Counted from the first letter of the stretch, positions 1-11,232 are shown. The stretch is DNA of 64,000 nt from Candidatus Poribacteria bacterium (GCA_965218095.1 OZ244587.1:3424001-3488000); one strand, 5' to 3'. Notes: a model not told the origin generated them from the letters alone. Numbers and translations are program-made.

Positions 1-72
1 GATAATAGAAATAACATACAAACGCAGATTCCTTCTACGTTTAGGCGATTTACGATTCGCTAGAGTAGGTCA
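1..72 (+). promoter_or_regulatory. CRISPR leader (partial, continues beyond window start)
   Basis: AT-rich non-repeat sequence abutting the first perfect repeat; repeats at this end are homogeneous and degenerate at the far end. Confidence 0.65.
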
Positions 73-1401
73 GTTTCAACCTTTGCCCCGATGAAAAGGG
101 GACTGAAAGTGACGAGATTCAGATCCCTCTGTAGTAGCACCTGAGTTTCAACCTTTGCCCCGATGAAAAGGGGACTGAAAGTATTCGTCAGTTACTGTAC
201 AGGTTATCGTAACTGTTGTGTTTCAACCTTTGCCCCGATGAAAAGGGGACTGAAAGTTATCTATATCCGCATCTGTCTCGTCATCAATATCGCGTTTCAA
301 CCTTTGCCCCGATGAAAAGGGGACTGAAAGGCAAATTGGGCGATGCTCGGTCTATTTCTGCGAGAGTTTCAACCTTTGCCCCGATGAAAAGGGGACTGAA
401 AGACTCCAATGTGATAGCGTGGACGGCACTGGCTATTCACGTTTCAACCTTTGCCCCGATGAAAAGGGGACTGAAAGTGCCGGTCCAGTGCGTTGTTGCA
501 GGTCCTGTTCTGCGTTTCAACCTTTGCCCCGATGAAAAGGGGACTGAAAGTCAAGTTGATAACCTTTTCCCTGACTGCTTGTAGCGATGTTTCAACCTTT
601 GCCCCGATGAAAAGGGGACTGAAAGTGCACTCAAAGAATACATCGTGTTCTCAGATGTCGGTGTGTTTCAACCTTTGCCCCGATGAAAAGGGGACTGAAA
701 GTGCTCGGCGACTTCGCAAATAGCAACGCCGAACAACCGTTTCAACCTTTGCCCCGATGAAAAGGGGACTGAAAGGGTAGTCTCAGTTTCACTTAATGTC
801 GCTCCTTTGGGTTTCAACCTTTGCCCCGATGAAAAGGGGACTGAAAGAACGTGATTCAGGTGGCTCTCTTAGAGTTGTTTCCGCCGTTTCAACCTTTGCC
901 CCGATGAAAAGGGGACTGAAAGCAAGTATCCTATACTTGGTGCTGCAGGACTTGGAGCAGTTTCAACCTTTGCCCCGATGAAAAGGGGACTGAAAGTCTG
1001 AATTGACTGCACGGACCTGGAAATCATATTCGGGTTTCAACCTTTGCCCCGATGAAAAGGGGACTGAAAGGTCATTAAAAATATTACGGAATAGCGCACT
1101 CTCAAGTTTCAACCTTTGCCCCGATGAAAAGGGGACTGAAAGACCGATCCTACATGGCCCGATCTCCCGTCTGTCCCTGAGTTTCAACCTTTGCCCCGAT
1201 GAAAAGGGGACTGAAAGCACTAATTCACCTCAACAGCGTGGTCGTTATATCGGTGGTTTCAACCTTTGCCCCGATGAAAAGGGGACTGAAAGGATAAGCA
1301 CCCGTCACTAATATTGGGGCAGGGGAGGTTTCAACCTTTGCCCCGATGAAAAGGGGACTGAAAGGAAGCCCCTGCGCCACTTCCGACCGCCGTTTTGACG
1401 A

Positions 1402-4400
1402 GTTTCAACCTTTGCCCCGATGAAAAGGGGACTGAAAGGCTTCAGGACATCATCAATAATCTGTTTCCGGGGTCGTTTCAACCTTTGCCCCGATGAAAAG
1501 GGGACTGAAAGCGCGATAGTGTGAAAGAAATGTTTGAGAATGTGGGTTTGTTTCAACCTTTGCCCCGATGAAAAGGGGACTGAAAGTTTCAGGAAGTTGA
1601 CACGGTGGCAGCAGTTCTGGGTTTCAACCTTTGCCCCGATGAAAAGGGGACTGAAAGGAATCAGTGATGGACGCGGTGGTGTCATTTCTGTATCGTTTCA
1701 ACCTTTGCCCCGATGAAAAGGGGACTGAAAGAGCCCGTATCTTGGACGAGCAGGTGTTCGGTATCAGTTTCAACCTTTGCCCCGATGAAAAGGGGACTGA
1801 AAGGACCGACTTTGTGCATCTCCCGATAGGCGGAGAGTCAAGTTTCAACCTTTGCCCCGATGAAAAGGGGACTGAAAGTTCACATACGCGCCGAGAGGGA
1901 TTCGCTTCTCGACTGCGTTTCAACCTTTGCCCCGATGAAAAGGGGACTGAAAGGATACCAACATTCGATCACTTCATAGGTGTCTTGGCGGGTTTCAACC
2001 TTTGCCCCGATGAAAAGGGGACTGAAAGACATCGTCAAGCCATTCTATATACTTCTCATCAGAATGTTTCAACCTTTGCCCCGATGAAAAGGGGACTGAA
2101 AGACTCGCATCTATCGGGAGAACGGGCAGACGCTTTAGTTTCAACCTTTGCCCCGATGAAAAGGGGACTGAAAGATAAAGTCTTGCACGAGCACGGAGGC
2201 GCGACCAAGTTTCAACCTTTGCCCCGATGAAAAGGGGACTGAAAGTGACCACTTTCGTCGCGGCGGCAGGAAAGCCGTCTGGGTTTCAACCTTTGCCCCG
2301 ATGAAAAGGGGACTGAAAGATATCAGGATTGAGAAGCCGATACCATGCATGACCCTGTTTCAACCTTTGCCCCGATGAAAAGGGGACTGAAAGAGTGTTC
2401 GGACGGTCGATGCCTCGACCATTTTTGTTAGTTTCAACCTTTGCCCCGATGAAAAGGGGACTGAAAGGGTCCCCATCATGCAACTCATTGTGATGGATCT
2501 GAAGTGTTTCAACCTTTGCCCCGATGAAAAGGGGACTGAAAGCGCTTAGGGCGATACTTGTCGGTGCGTACCCGAAATAAGTTTCAACCTTTGCCCCGAT
2601 GAAAAGGGGACTGAAAGGCGACATCCAGTTCTGGGGTAACGATACCCGCGGCTGTTTCAACCTTTGCCCCGATGAAAAGGGGACTGAAAGTGCAGAAGAT
2701 TTGGAAGGGGAGTTTAGGATTATATTGTTTCAACCTTTGCCCCGATGAAAAGGGGACTGAAAGTGAAGCTGAAACTTGGCAAATGCGAAATGTTTTGATG
2801 TTTCAACCTTTGCCCCGATGAAAAGGGGACTGAAAGCTCTCAAGTATCAACGCACTATTCGACCGTGCCCCGTTTCAACCTTTGCCCCGATGAAAAGGGG
2901 ACTGAAAGTTACCCAGTGGCTTGGTAATGTCTCAAGGCCTGTTGCGTTTCAACCTTTGCCCCGATGAAAAGGGGACTGAAAGTTTGCTTTTAACATGTTT
3001 AGGAATGCCGCTGCGTGGTGTTTCAACCTTTGCCCCGATGAAAAGGGGACTGAAAGGACACAAAGAAGAATATGTGAAAGTGTATCCTTCGGGTAAGTTT
3101 CAACCTTTGCCCCGATGAAAAGGGGACTGAAAGCAGAGCCGGTAGCCGTTCAGCCGAATAATCGTAGTTTCAACCTTTGCCCCGATGAAAAGGGGACTGA
3201 AAGGCTTCAGGACATCATCAATAATCTGTTTCCGGGGTCGTTTCAACCTTTGCCCCGATGAAAAGGGGACTGAAAGCGCGATAGTGTGAAAGAAATGTTT
3301 GAGAATGTGGGTTTGTTTCAACCTTTGCCCCGATGAAAAGGGGACTGAAAGTTTCAGGAAGTTGACACGGTGGCAGCAGTTCTGGGTTTCAACCTTTGCC
3401 CCGATGAAAAGGGGACTGAAAGGAATCAGTGATGGACGCGGTGGTGTCATTTCTGTATCGTTTCAACCTTTGCCCCGATGAAAAGGGGACTGAAAGAGCC
3501 CGTATCTTGGACGAGCAGGTGTTCGGTATCAGTTTCAACCTTTGCCCCGATGAAAAGGGGACTGAAAGGACCGACTTTGTGCATCTCCCGATAGGCGGAG
3601 AGTCAAGTTTCAACCTTTGCCCCGATGAAAAGGGGACTGAAAGTTCACATACGCGCCGAGAGGGATTCGCTTCTCGACTGCGTTTCAACCTTTGCCCCGA
3701 TGAAAAGGGGACTGAAAGGATACCAACATTCGATCACTTCATAGGTGTCTTGGCGGGTTTCAACCTTTGCCCCGATGAAAAGGGGACTGAAAGACATCGT
3801 CAAGCCATTCTATATACTTCTCATCAGAATGTTTCAACCTTTGCCCCGATGAAAAGGGGACTGAAAGACTCGCATCTATCGGGAGAACGGGCAGACGCTT
3901 TAGTTTCAACCTTTGCCCCGATGAAAAGGGGACTGAAAGATAAAGTCTTGCACGAGCACGGAGGCGCGACCAAGTTTCAACCTTTGCCCCGATGAAAAGG
4001 GGACTGAAAGTGACCACTTTCGTCGCGGCGGCAGGAAAGCCGTCTGGGTTTCAACCTTTGCCCCGATGAAAAGGGGACTGAAAGATATCAGGATTGAGAA
4101 GCCGATACCATGCATGACCCTGTTTCAACCTTTGCCCCGATGAAAAGGGGACTGAAAGAGTGTTCGGACGGTCGATGCCTCGACCATTTTTGTTAGTTTC
4201 AACCTTTGCCCCGATGAAAAGGGGACTGAAAGGGTCCCCATCATGCAACTCATTGTGATGGATCTGAAGTGTTTCAACCTTTGCCCCGATGAAAAGGGGA
4301 CTGAAAGCGCTTAGGGCGATACTTGTCGGTGCGTACCCGAAATAAGTTTCAACCTTTGCCCCGATGAAAAGGGGACTGAAAGGCGACATCCAGTTCTGGG

Positions 4401-4931
4401 GTAACGATACCCGCGGCTGTTTCAACCTTTGCCCCGATGAAAAGGGGACTGAAAGTGCAGAAGATTTGGAAGGGGAGTTTAGGATTATATTGTTTCAACC
4501 TTTGCCCCGATGAAAAGGGGACTGAAAGTGAAGCTGAAACTTGGCAAATGCGAAATGTTTTGATGTTTCAACCTTTGCCCCGATGAAAAGGGGACTGAAA
4601 GCTCTCAAGTATCAACGCACTATTCGACCGTGCCCCGTTTCAACCTTTGCCCCGATGAAAAGGGGACTGAAAGTTACCCAGTGGCTTGGTAATGTCTCAA
4701 GGCCTGTTGCGTTTCAACCTTTGCCCCGATGAAAAGGGGACTGAAAGTTTGCTTTTAACATGTTTAGGAATGCCGCTGCGTGGTGTTTCAACCTTTGCCC
4801 CGATGAAAAGGGGACTGAAAGGACACAAAGAAGAATATGTGAAAGTGTATCCTTCGGGTAAGTTTCAACCTTTGCCCCGATGAAAAGGGGACTGAAAGCA
4901 GAGCCGGTAGCCGTTCAGCCGAATAATCGTA
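1402..4931 (+). repeat. Tandem duplication of a 1765-bp block (24 repeat-spacer units): 1402-3166 = 3167-4931
   Basis: Same spacer series at constant 1765 offset (1439 vs 3204; 3134 vs 4899). Confidence 0.97.
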
Positions 4932-7900
4932 GTTTCAACCTTTGCCCCGATGAAAAGGGGACTGAAAGGCAGAGAGCTTCCGACCTTTGCCACGATTCCA
5001 GGTAGGTTTCAACCTTTGCCCCGATGAAAAGGGGACTGAAAGCTAGGCGAATGCCGGTCTTTTCGGCTATCAGGTTGATGTTTCAACCTTTGCCCCGATG
5101 AAAAGGGGACTGAAAGATATTGACACCACCCCCCCGATTATCCCAATAATCCCAGTTTCAACCTTTGCCCCGATGAAAAGGGGACTGAAAGTTCACCACA
5201 ACAGCGTGGTCGGTACAATTCTTCTAATGGTTTCAACCTTTGCCCCGATGAAAAGGGGACTGAAAGATGACCTCCATGGTTTGGATTAGCTCCGGCAACA
5301 GCGGTTTCAACCTTTGCCCCGATGAAAAGGGGACTGAAAGAGCCTTGCTTTTCAGGCTGCCGTCGCCATCTGGCCTGTGTTTCAACCTTTGCCCCGATGA
5401 AAAGGGGACTGAAAGTCGTCAAATTGCCAACCACATCGGTCTGCTTCGTAGCCGTTTCAACCTTTGCCCCGATGAAAAGGGGACTGAAAGAACCAGTCGT
5501 AGGATTCCCCCAGAACTTGAGATTGCCAGTTTCAACCTTTGCCCCGATGAAAAGGGGACTGAAAGACTCACGGGACTTCTGGAGATGTTTTCTGGTGTAT
5601 GCTGTTTCAACCTTTGCCCCGATGAAAAGGGGACTGAAAGACTCACGGGACTTCTGGAGATGTTTTCTGGTGTATGCTGTTTCAACCTTTGCCCCGATGA
5701 AAAGGGGACTGAAAGTGGCAATTACAATGAGATTTATGGTAATCGCTTTGGTATGTTTCAACCTTTGCCCCGATGAAAAGGGGACTGAAAGATTGATGTT
5801 GCCTAATAATCTCCCTCCCTGGTCCGTAGTTTCAACCTTTGCCCCGATGAAAAGGGGACTGAAAGTCAAAGTAAGAGCCAAGGTCCTGGACGCTTTGAGC
5901 AAGTTTCAACCTTTGCCCCGATGAAAAGGGGACTGAAAGTAGCGTCATGGAGAATTGAGAACATCCGCCGCTCCGAGTTTCAACCTTTGCCCCGATGAAA
6001 AGGGGACTGAAAGAGACGGAACGGGCATCCTGCCGGAAGGACTTCAAGCCGTTTCAACCTTTGCCCCGATGAAAAGGGGACTGAAAGGGTGACGGCGTGG
6101 AAGTAAACGCTCATATCCGGTGGTAGTTTCAACCTTTGCCCCGATGAAAAGGGGACTGAAAGCAGAAAGAATTAGTTGTACAGCATCAATAATCATAGTG
6201 GTTTCAACCTTTGCCCCGATGAAAAGGGGACTGAAAGGCTGTTGTGGCTTGGACTGTGCTATCTACTGCAGTGTTTCAACCTTTGCCCCGATGAAAAGGG
6301 GACTGAAAGCAGCCGACCAAATACCGCTTCCTTTGGTAATTAGACGCGTTTCAACCTTTGCCCCGATGAAAAGGGGACTGAAATCGAAGAACAAGGCACA
6401 CTTTGCGAAATGGTATACAGAGTTTCAACCTTTGCCCCGATGAAAAGGGGACTGAAAGCCCGACGACCGTAACCCTGTCCTTATCCCACCCTTCCGTTTC
6501 AACCTTTGCCCCGATGAAAAGGGGACTGAAATCGAAGAACAAGGCACACTTTGCGAAATGGTATACAGAGTTTCAACCTTTGCCCCGACGAAAAGGGGAC
6601 TGAAATACGAGTAGTCCGTTGGCCTTCGTCGATTTCGCTGCGTGGTTTCAACCTTTGCCCCGACGAAAAGGGGACTGAAATACTCGTCGATCAGCGCCCG
6701 GCACGTCGCGGTCCCGGCGTTTCAACCTTTGCCCCGACGAAAAGGGGACTGAAATTGTTGTAATGCCATGTCTCATTGAGAAATGGTAAACCTGTTTCAA
6801 CCTTTGCCCCGACGAAAAGGGGACTGAAAGCATCATCAATCGGATCAATACTAAACAGCGTTCCGTTGTTTCAACCCTTGCCCCGACGAAAAGGGGACTG
6901 AAAGTAATTCTTTGATTGGAGATTCATAGATGGCTAGCGTTGTTTCAACCCTTGCCCCGACGAAAAGGGGACTGAAAGCCACAATAAGTGGGTGGCTCGC
7001 CTCTGTGGCATGATAGTTTCAACCCTTGCCCCGATGAAAAGGGGACTGAAAGTGGTCGGGAAAGTGCTGCAGCGTACTGAGTCCGACATGGTTTCAACCC
7101 TTGCCCCGATGAAAAGGGGACTGAAATGCTCACCTGCGGCTTTGGTCTTCATCACCTGCTCACGTTTCAACCTTTGCCCCGACGAAAAGGGGACTGAAAT
7201 AGACATCTATTTGGCGACTATCATTCTCTTCAATCCAAGTTTCAACCTTTGCCCCGACGAAAAGGGGACTGAAATACTTCTTGAATTGCGTGATCGGGCT
7301 TTTGAGGCTTCAGGTTTCAACCTTTGCCCCGACGAAAAGGGGACTGAAATAAAAGGAGTCGAACATGACCCACTATCAATTAACTCAGTTTCAACCTTTG
7401 CCCCGACGAAAAGGGGACTGAAATTCACGCCAATACTCCCCAACTGGTGGGCAATCACCTGGTTTCAACCTTTGCCCCGACGAAAAGGGGACTGAAATAC
7501 TTTCCCACTTTCGCTTCCCTCCTTCTCTCCTTTAGTTTCAACCTTTGCCCCGACGAAAAGGGGACTGAAATAAGACGAACAAATGCCTACCGCTCGGCTC
7601 ACGTGCGGTTTCAACCTTTGCCCCGACGAAAAGGGGACTGAAATTGAACTCATGGTATTTTGACCGATTCTTTCCTCCGCTGTTTCAACCTTTGCCCCGA
7701 CGAAAAGGGGACTGAAATCTCCGAATGCAATGCTGTCACCCATGCAGCCAAGCAGTTTCAACCTTTGCCCCGACGAAAAGGGGACTGAAATCATGTAGAA
7801 GCCAAGGGGATAATCTATTGCTACAGGTTTCAACCTTTGCCCCGACGAAAAGGGGACTGAAATTGCACTCCAAAAAGGAATGCCATCTCGGACATCGCTG

Positions 7901-8536
7901 TTTCAACCTTTGCCCCGACGAAAAGGGGACTGAAATCTCCGAATGCAATGCTGTCACCCATGCAGCCAAGCAGTTTCAACCTTTGCCCCGACGAAAAGGG
8001 GACTGAAATGCGTAATATTGTCATGACCAGATAGGCATTCGTCTAGTTTCAACCTTTGCCCCGACGAAAAGGGGACTGAAATTTTCCCGTCAAGTTCCGA
8101 CCAATGCCGATGGTCACTGTTTCAACCTTTGCCCCGACGAAAAGGGGACTGAAATGGGAAATGGGGGAACGTGGCGTGGAGTGCGGTTATAATGCACTCT
8201 GCATGTTTCAACCTTTGCCCCGACGAAAAGGGGACTGAAAGCCTCACACTTTCTCACCTGCGCCTTCCTCCTATAGTGGTTTCAACCTTTGCCCCGACGA
8301 AAAGGGGACTGAAAGTATCTAACATGCTTGACTTGCAACCTAGTAGCAGAATTGTTTCAACCCTTGCCCCGATGAAAAGGGGACTGAAAGACGATTTTAG
8401 CGTTCCCTACCGGGACACAACAAATGGTTTCAACCCTTGCCCCGATGAAAAGGGGACTGAAAGCATCTTTGATTTGTTCATTATGTTCATAAGATTTGGG
8501 TTTCAACCCTTGCCCCGACGAAAAGGGGACTGAAAG

Positions 8537-8749
8537 TTGCAACGACGAGGCAAAAGAGCGAATAGAGGGGCTAAAAAGGGCAAAATTTCATGACGCACGC
8601 GGGGCAGCCCGGCGTAGTGCTAGCAAGGCGTTAGAAGCGCTTGAGATCATATTTGAAGCCTTGCCCCTCACTCTCGCCAAGGCCACACCCAAAACGCTTG
8701 AGGATTTCAAGAAGATCCCAAGCCGAGACATCCGCCGTCTCCTCGACAG
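8537..8749 (+). other. 213-bp oversize spacer carrying a stop-free, helical-looking protein-coding fragment with no start or RBS
   Basis: Between repeats 8500-8536 and 8750-8786; frame reads CNDEAKERIEGLKRAKFHDARGAARRSASKALEALEIIFEALPLTLAK...RRLLDR. Confidence 0.6.
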
Positions 8750-8792
8750 GTTTCAATTCGTGCCCCGACGAAAAGGGGACTGAAAGTAGTTT

Positions 8793-8819
8793 TGCTATAC
8801 TATATGATCGAAAGGAGGT
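8793..8819 (+). promoter_or_regulatory. Extended -10 promoter (TGcTATACT) and Shine-Dalgarno (AAGGAGGT) at the start of the 1.9-kb spacer
   Basis: TG at 8793-94, TATACT 8796-8801, AAGGAGGT 8812-8819, ATG 8827. Confidence 0.65.
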
Positions 8820-8826
8820 TTTCATC

Positions 8827-10686
8827 ATGTCAAGTTTCCGTACCATTTCACGGCTACTCATTTGTCTGTTTCTCCTGTGCAGCTCTGCCATCGCACAAAT
8901 CGTCGAAATTCCCGACCCTAACCTCGCGGCGGCGATACGGGATAACCTCGGCTTAAACCCAAACGAACCAATACAGCAAGAAGATTTGTTGCGCCTCACC
9001 AGTCTTGAAGCAATAGACAGAGGCATCAAAGACCTCACAGGTCTCGAGTATATGACAAATCTTAGAGGATTTAATCTCTACAAAAACGAAATCGTTGACA
9101 TAAGCCCACTGGCGAGTCTAACCAAACTCACATGGTTTAACCTCTTGAGCAACCAGATAGTTGATCTAACTCCCCTCCGTAAACTCGTAAGACTAAGAAC
9201 CATCATACTTAGCAACAACCGAATTAAAGATGTTCATCCACTCGGATCTCTCACAAATCTAGTTTATCTAAATCTACGCCACAATCAGATTACAGATTTC
9301 ACACCACTTGCCAATCTAGTAAACCTTGAAAGACTTAGAATCGAGTACAATCCCAGCACCGATATCAGTTTTGCCAATGGTCTAAACCTAATCGAGTTTA
9401 TTTATCACGAAATCTGTGACCTGCCGAGACTTCCAATTCAAGAACGCATAGATAATCGAAGTTTCCCATCGATCTTTCAAGCATGGAATGGACTGATAGA
9501 TGATTCATTAACAGAAGACGATCGAACAGCACTCCATGATATCTATTGGGGACCATATTTTAGGCTCGATTGGCGAGAAGGCTTCCAGCTAGTCGGCGAC
9601 TTAAAAGCCTCCCGGGCGAGCCGTGACCTATTGCTCACCAAAAATCCCAACATGCTGATCGTTACTCATATTTTCATGCGAGGCGGCTCCATAACGAATT
9701 TCTTCCCCGAAAACTTTCCCTACTGGATTAGAGATGAAAACGGCAACCCTATCGTCGGAGGACCGAATTCATTTCTCCTGGATTTCACACACCCCGGCAT
9801 GCAAGATATAATTGTTCAACAAGCCATCGCACTCTCAAGATGTGGGTTGTTTGATGGTATCCTCATCGACTGGTGGCGTGAGGATGTAAACGTTTTACGC
9901 GATCATCGAAGCTTTGAGGCAGAGCAACAAGCGCGAGATATAATTATTCAAGCCGTCCGCGCTGCGGTTGGCCCTGATTTTTTAATCATAGTCAACAGCA
10001 ATCGGAGTAAAATTCCACGCACGGGGCCTGGCAATATCAACGGCATCTTCATGGAAACCCATCGCGACCACGACGACGGCTACACACATGAGTCCCTTAT
10101 GCGGATTGAAAGCACCCTGCTCTGGGCAGAAGAAAACCTCAGGGCGCCACAGCTTAACTGTTTAGAGAACACAAGCGTTAAATATGGCGCACCAGACTCC
10201 CCCGAGAACCAACAATGGATGCGAGTCTTCACCACCCTGACCCTCACCCACTCCGATGGGTATGTGCTCTCAGTGTTTGGCGACTTGCACGCGCATATTT
10301 GGTATGACTTCTGGGGCGCCGACCTCGGACGCCCCATTGGACCAAAGGGTCAACCCTACCAAAACCACGAGGGAGTCTTTATCCGAGAGTTCACCAACGG
10401 CTGGGCGGTCTACAACCGCAGCAGCAAACCCCAAGAAATCACCCTGCCGAGCCCCGCCACAGGTGTCGAAAGCCAACACACCGGCGCCACCCACCAGCTT
10501 CCTGACCTCGACGGCGAAATCTACCTCAAATCCCCCGTATCGCCATACGACCTGAACAAAGATGGCATGGTGAATATCTTCGATTTAATCATCGTCGCCA
10601 ATCGGTTCGGCGCCCCCACTGGCGATGTCAACGGAGATGGGACCACCGACATCTTCGACCTCGTTCTCGTTAGCCAGAATTTCTAA
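8827..10686 (+). CDS. Secreted internalin-like LRR protein with putative glycoside-hydrolase-like TIM-barrel and C-terminal dockerin/EF-hand domain (619 aa), inside the CRISPR array
   Basis: Signal peptide MSSFRTISRLLICLFLLCSSAIA; LRR cap EIPDPNLAAAIR; six 22-aa LRRs; FDGILIDWW motif; DLNKDGMVNIFDL...DVNGDGTTDIFDL dockerin repeats; strong RBS. Confidence 0.9.
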   Translation: MSSFRTISRLLICLFLLCSSAIAQIVEIPDPNLAAAIRDNLGLNPNEPIQQEDLLRLTSLEAIDRGIKDLTGLEYMTNLRGFNLYKNEIVDISPLASLTKLTWFNLLSNQIVDLTPLRKLVRLRTIILSNNRIKDVHPLGSLTNLVYLNLRHNQITDFTPLANLVNLERLRIEYNPSTDISFANGLNLIEFIYHEICDLPRLPIQERIDNRSFPSIFQAWNGLIDDSLTEDDRTALHDIYWGPYFRLDWREGFQLVGDLKASRASRDLLLTKNPNMLIVTHIFMRGGSITNFFPENFPYWIRDENGNPIVGGPNSFLLDFTHPGMQDIIVQQAIALSRCGLFDGILIDWWREDVNVLRDHRSFEAEQQARDIIIQAVRAAVGPDFLIIVNSNRSKIPRTGPGNINGIFMETHRDHDDGYTHESLMRIESTLLWAEENLRAPQLNCLENTSVKYGAPDSPENQQWMRVFTTLTLTHSDGYVLSVFGDLHAHIWYDFWGADLGRPIGPKGQPYQNHEGVFIREFTNGWAVYNRSSKPQEITLPSPATGVESQHTGATHQLPDLDGEIYLKSPVSPYDLNKDGMVNIFDLIIVANRFGAPTGDVNGDGTTDIFDLVLVSQNF

Positions 10687-10748
10687 ATAGGGTTTGTTTC
10701 AATCCTTGCCCCGACGAAAAGGGGACTGAAAGCAACCAAGGAGGTTTT

Positions 10749-10934
10749 ATGACATTACGAATTTGGGAAGCAATTATTGGCGTGCTTTTCTACATCGCCG
10801 CTGGCATTATTGTCGGGGGCATAATCCTATTGATTTTCTATGTTAGACATGAATTAGGACTTTCTGATTCATTCTGGCCCGCCGAACTCGAAGATGTATT
10901 CGAGAAAATTCGAGATAAGAGGAAGGAGAATTAA
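10749..10934 (+). CDS. Small single-pass membrane protein (61 aa), inside the CRISPR array
   Basis: AAGGAGGT at 10738-45; hydrophobic N-terminal helix, charged tail. Confidence 0.7.
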   Translation: MTLRIWEAIIGVLFYIAAGIIVGGIILLIFYVRHELGLSDSFWPAELEDVFEKIRDKRKEN

Positions 10935-11081
10935 GATGAACAAGACTTTTATCGACGACCATTTAGTTTCAACCTTTGCCCCGACGAAAAGGGGACTGAA
11001 AGCCGGCGACGCCTACACCGTTGGATTCGGATTCGCGCCGTTTCAATCCTTGCCCCGATGAAAAGGGGACTGAAAGAGCAC

Positions 11082-11120
11082 AAAACTAGGCGACCGCCCC
11101 GAAGGACAATCGCCTAGTTT
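11082..11120 (-). terminator. Terminator-like hairpin forming a spacer
   Basis: Minus strand TAGGCGATTGTCC-TTCG-GGGCGGTCGCCTA followed by GTTTT. Confidence 0.6.
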
Positions 11121-11232
11121 CAATCCTTATCCCGACGAAAAGGGGACTGAAAGAGCACTTTCCCACTTTCACCCCCTCTCACCTGCTTCTTGTTTCAATC
11201 CTTGCCCCGACGAAAAGGAGACTGAAAGAGCA

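Noticed and set aside
216-8542. Dozens of ORFs with repeating VSTFAPMKRGLK / FNLCPDEKGTE / LSVPFSSGQRLK peptides
   Set aside because: These are translations of the CRISPR repeat, which is stop-free in most frames; not genes
8641-8826. N-terminal 62 aa of the 681-aa ORF call
   Set aside because: Runs through a spacer and repeat; the real start is ATG 8827 with RBS and signal peptide
8787-10695. IS or transposon insertion as the explanation for the array interruption
   Set aside because: No transposase, terminal inverted repeats or target duplication; both flanking repeats are full length
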